DNA of 60,497 nt, from the NCBI RefSeq assembly GCF_001194135.2, contig NC_068982.1, forward strand, positions 166,693,567-166,754,063, given 5' to 3'. Below, in pieces: positions 59,120 through 60,497 of this stretch. Made by a program: the position numbers and the translations under genes. Below the pieces are notes generated by a model, which was not told where the DNA came from, made no database searches, and saw only the letters and a program-made list of their open reading frames with translations. The first letter of the stretch is position 1, and each line of letters opens with the position of its first letter. This DNA comes from Octopus bimaculoides (lineage: Eukaryota).

Positions 59120-60497
59120 CACATAGGTGGAGACACTCAAAAGAGTATATCTAACCCAAAAGAAAAATCCTAATTCTTTCTTCAACAAGACATTCATCAC
59201 AACATACACATCCAACAACACAGCTGGTCACATTCCAAACATATTGAAAGGACATTCAACACAATGCATACACACACACTCACACACAGGTGGACATAAA
59301 ACCCATTTAGTAAATACATCTTAGCCACTCCCTTGGCAGGAACACAAAAAATTTCTTTTATACAATAGATAACTACACCCCTTCTATTACTCTCTGACAC
59401 TTTGAACTCTATACCAAACTATATTTAAAGAAGATTTCAACAAAAAAATCTCCAGACATGTTCTTGACGTCTAGACAGAAGATAAACTGTTTTTACTTCA
59501 AATTTTTATAAATTTTTATTAAATTCCTTCTTAAATTGAAATGTCTTAGNNNNNNNNNNNNNNNNNNNNNNNNNNNNNNNNNNNNNNNNNNNNNNNNNNN
59601 NNNNNNNNNNNNNNNNNNNNNNNNNNNNNNNNNNNNNNNNNNNNNNNNNNNNNNNNNNNNNNNNNNNNNNNNNNNNNNNNNNNNNNNNNNNNNNNNNNNN
59701 NNNNNNNNNNNNNNNNNNNNNNNNNNNNNNNNNNNNNNNNNNNNNNNNNNNNNNNNNNNNNNNNNNNNNNNNNNNCAGAAGGCTTGTGTTACATGGTTAA
59801 AGTATATATTTAAATTATGTCAGAAAAATGTTGTAAAATTTTTTTGGGTATATAAACATTGTATTTGGAGAAATAACCGGTTTCGTGTTGTCTTTTCAAA
59901 TTTCTCTACTTCATTGTAACATTACCCTCCAAATCACTTACAACCACCATTGTTGAACCACCCAAAACTAAACAGGGAACAAGCTGAAAGACAACGTATT
60001 TATGAAATAGATTGTACCAAACCTAAAGATCACCCCTACACCAGGTACAGAACACACCAACAACGTCCCAATACCAGGCATAACCACCCCATAACAACCC
60101 AAAACAGCACTAGGATAAGAAACACACCACATGCTAGTCCCTACTACCCTAGGACCCAAAATTACTGGCCCCGACCGAACTCAAGAACAACGCAAAATAA
60201 CACCAGATCAAGAAACATCCCACTTGCTAGAGTTACACACATCACTAACCAAAACACCCATAGACACCCACACACACATAACAATCTAAGGCAACAATAC
60301 TACCGTTCCCCCGAACCAATCCCATATAACCTCACAGACAGTTCGTGCAAACAAAATTACAAACAACATTTTTTAGCCCCAGACCAGAGACACCAGGACA
60401 CAGGCTGGAATCTAGTAATCAGGAAAAACCGAAGATAATAAATCTCTCAACCAAACCCCTTTCAAGCATAAAAATAGACATCCTCTCAAAAGGGCTA
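59120..60497 (+). mobile_element. Penelope-like element fragments; the ORF runs off the window
   Basis: The window ends KPKIINLSTKPLSSIKIDILSKGL, the INLS..L.....LSKGL motif preceding PLE RT domains. 59127-59260 (TFITTY.....IPNILKGH) resembles the PLE RT-to-GIY-YIG linker. Strong C/A strand bias. Confidence 0.6.

Noticed and set aside
59870-59905. Hammerhead ribozyme in the Penelope-like region (cgaaaccgg on the minus strand)
   Set aside because: No CUGANGA box with a proper stem II could be placed.

Overview
AT-rich, repeat-dense animal genomic DNA with many N gaps. The repeat families look like those of octopus (inference; no database search was possible). One protein-coding gene spans almost the whole window on the + strand: CFAP206 (C6orf165/FAP206, a motile-cilia radial-spoke docking protein). 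I reconstructed 14 coding exons from 3950 to the stop at 58296. All 13 introns are GT-AG and every phase is consistent. The 1683 nt give 560 aa plus stop; the first ~60-65 codons were not found and probably lie upstream of the window. The introns are packed with mobile DNA: about 12 fragments of R4/Dong-like RLE retrotransposons from several lineages, mostly ending in (AAT)n; an RTE LINE with many truncated 3' copies; at least four tRNA-derived SINE families; three dead D,D34D-type mariners; TTAA- and hAT-type MITEs; and a Penelope-like element at the right edge. I found no prokaryotic system, CRISPR array, rRNA or true tRNA gene, and nothing I can claim as a new biological system. The best leads are a covarying double-hairpin module in the RTE 3'UTR, an orientation rule for retroelements stacking on (AAT)n, a duplicated exon end with its splice donor, inverted repeats around exons, and a stop/poly(A) signal abutting an antisense retroelement. 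Exon coordinates were checked base by base; most repeat boundaries are approximate (about +/-20 nt) and identity values are by eye.
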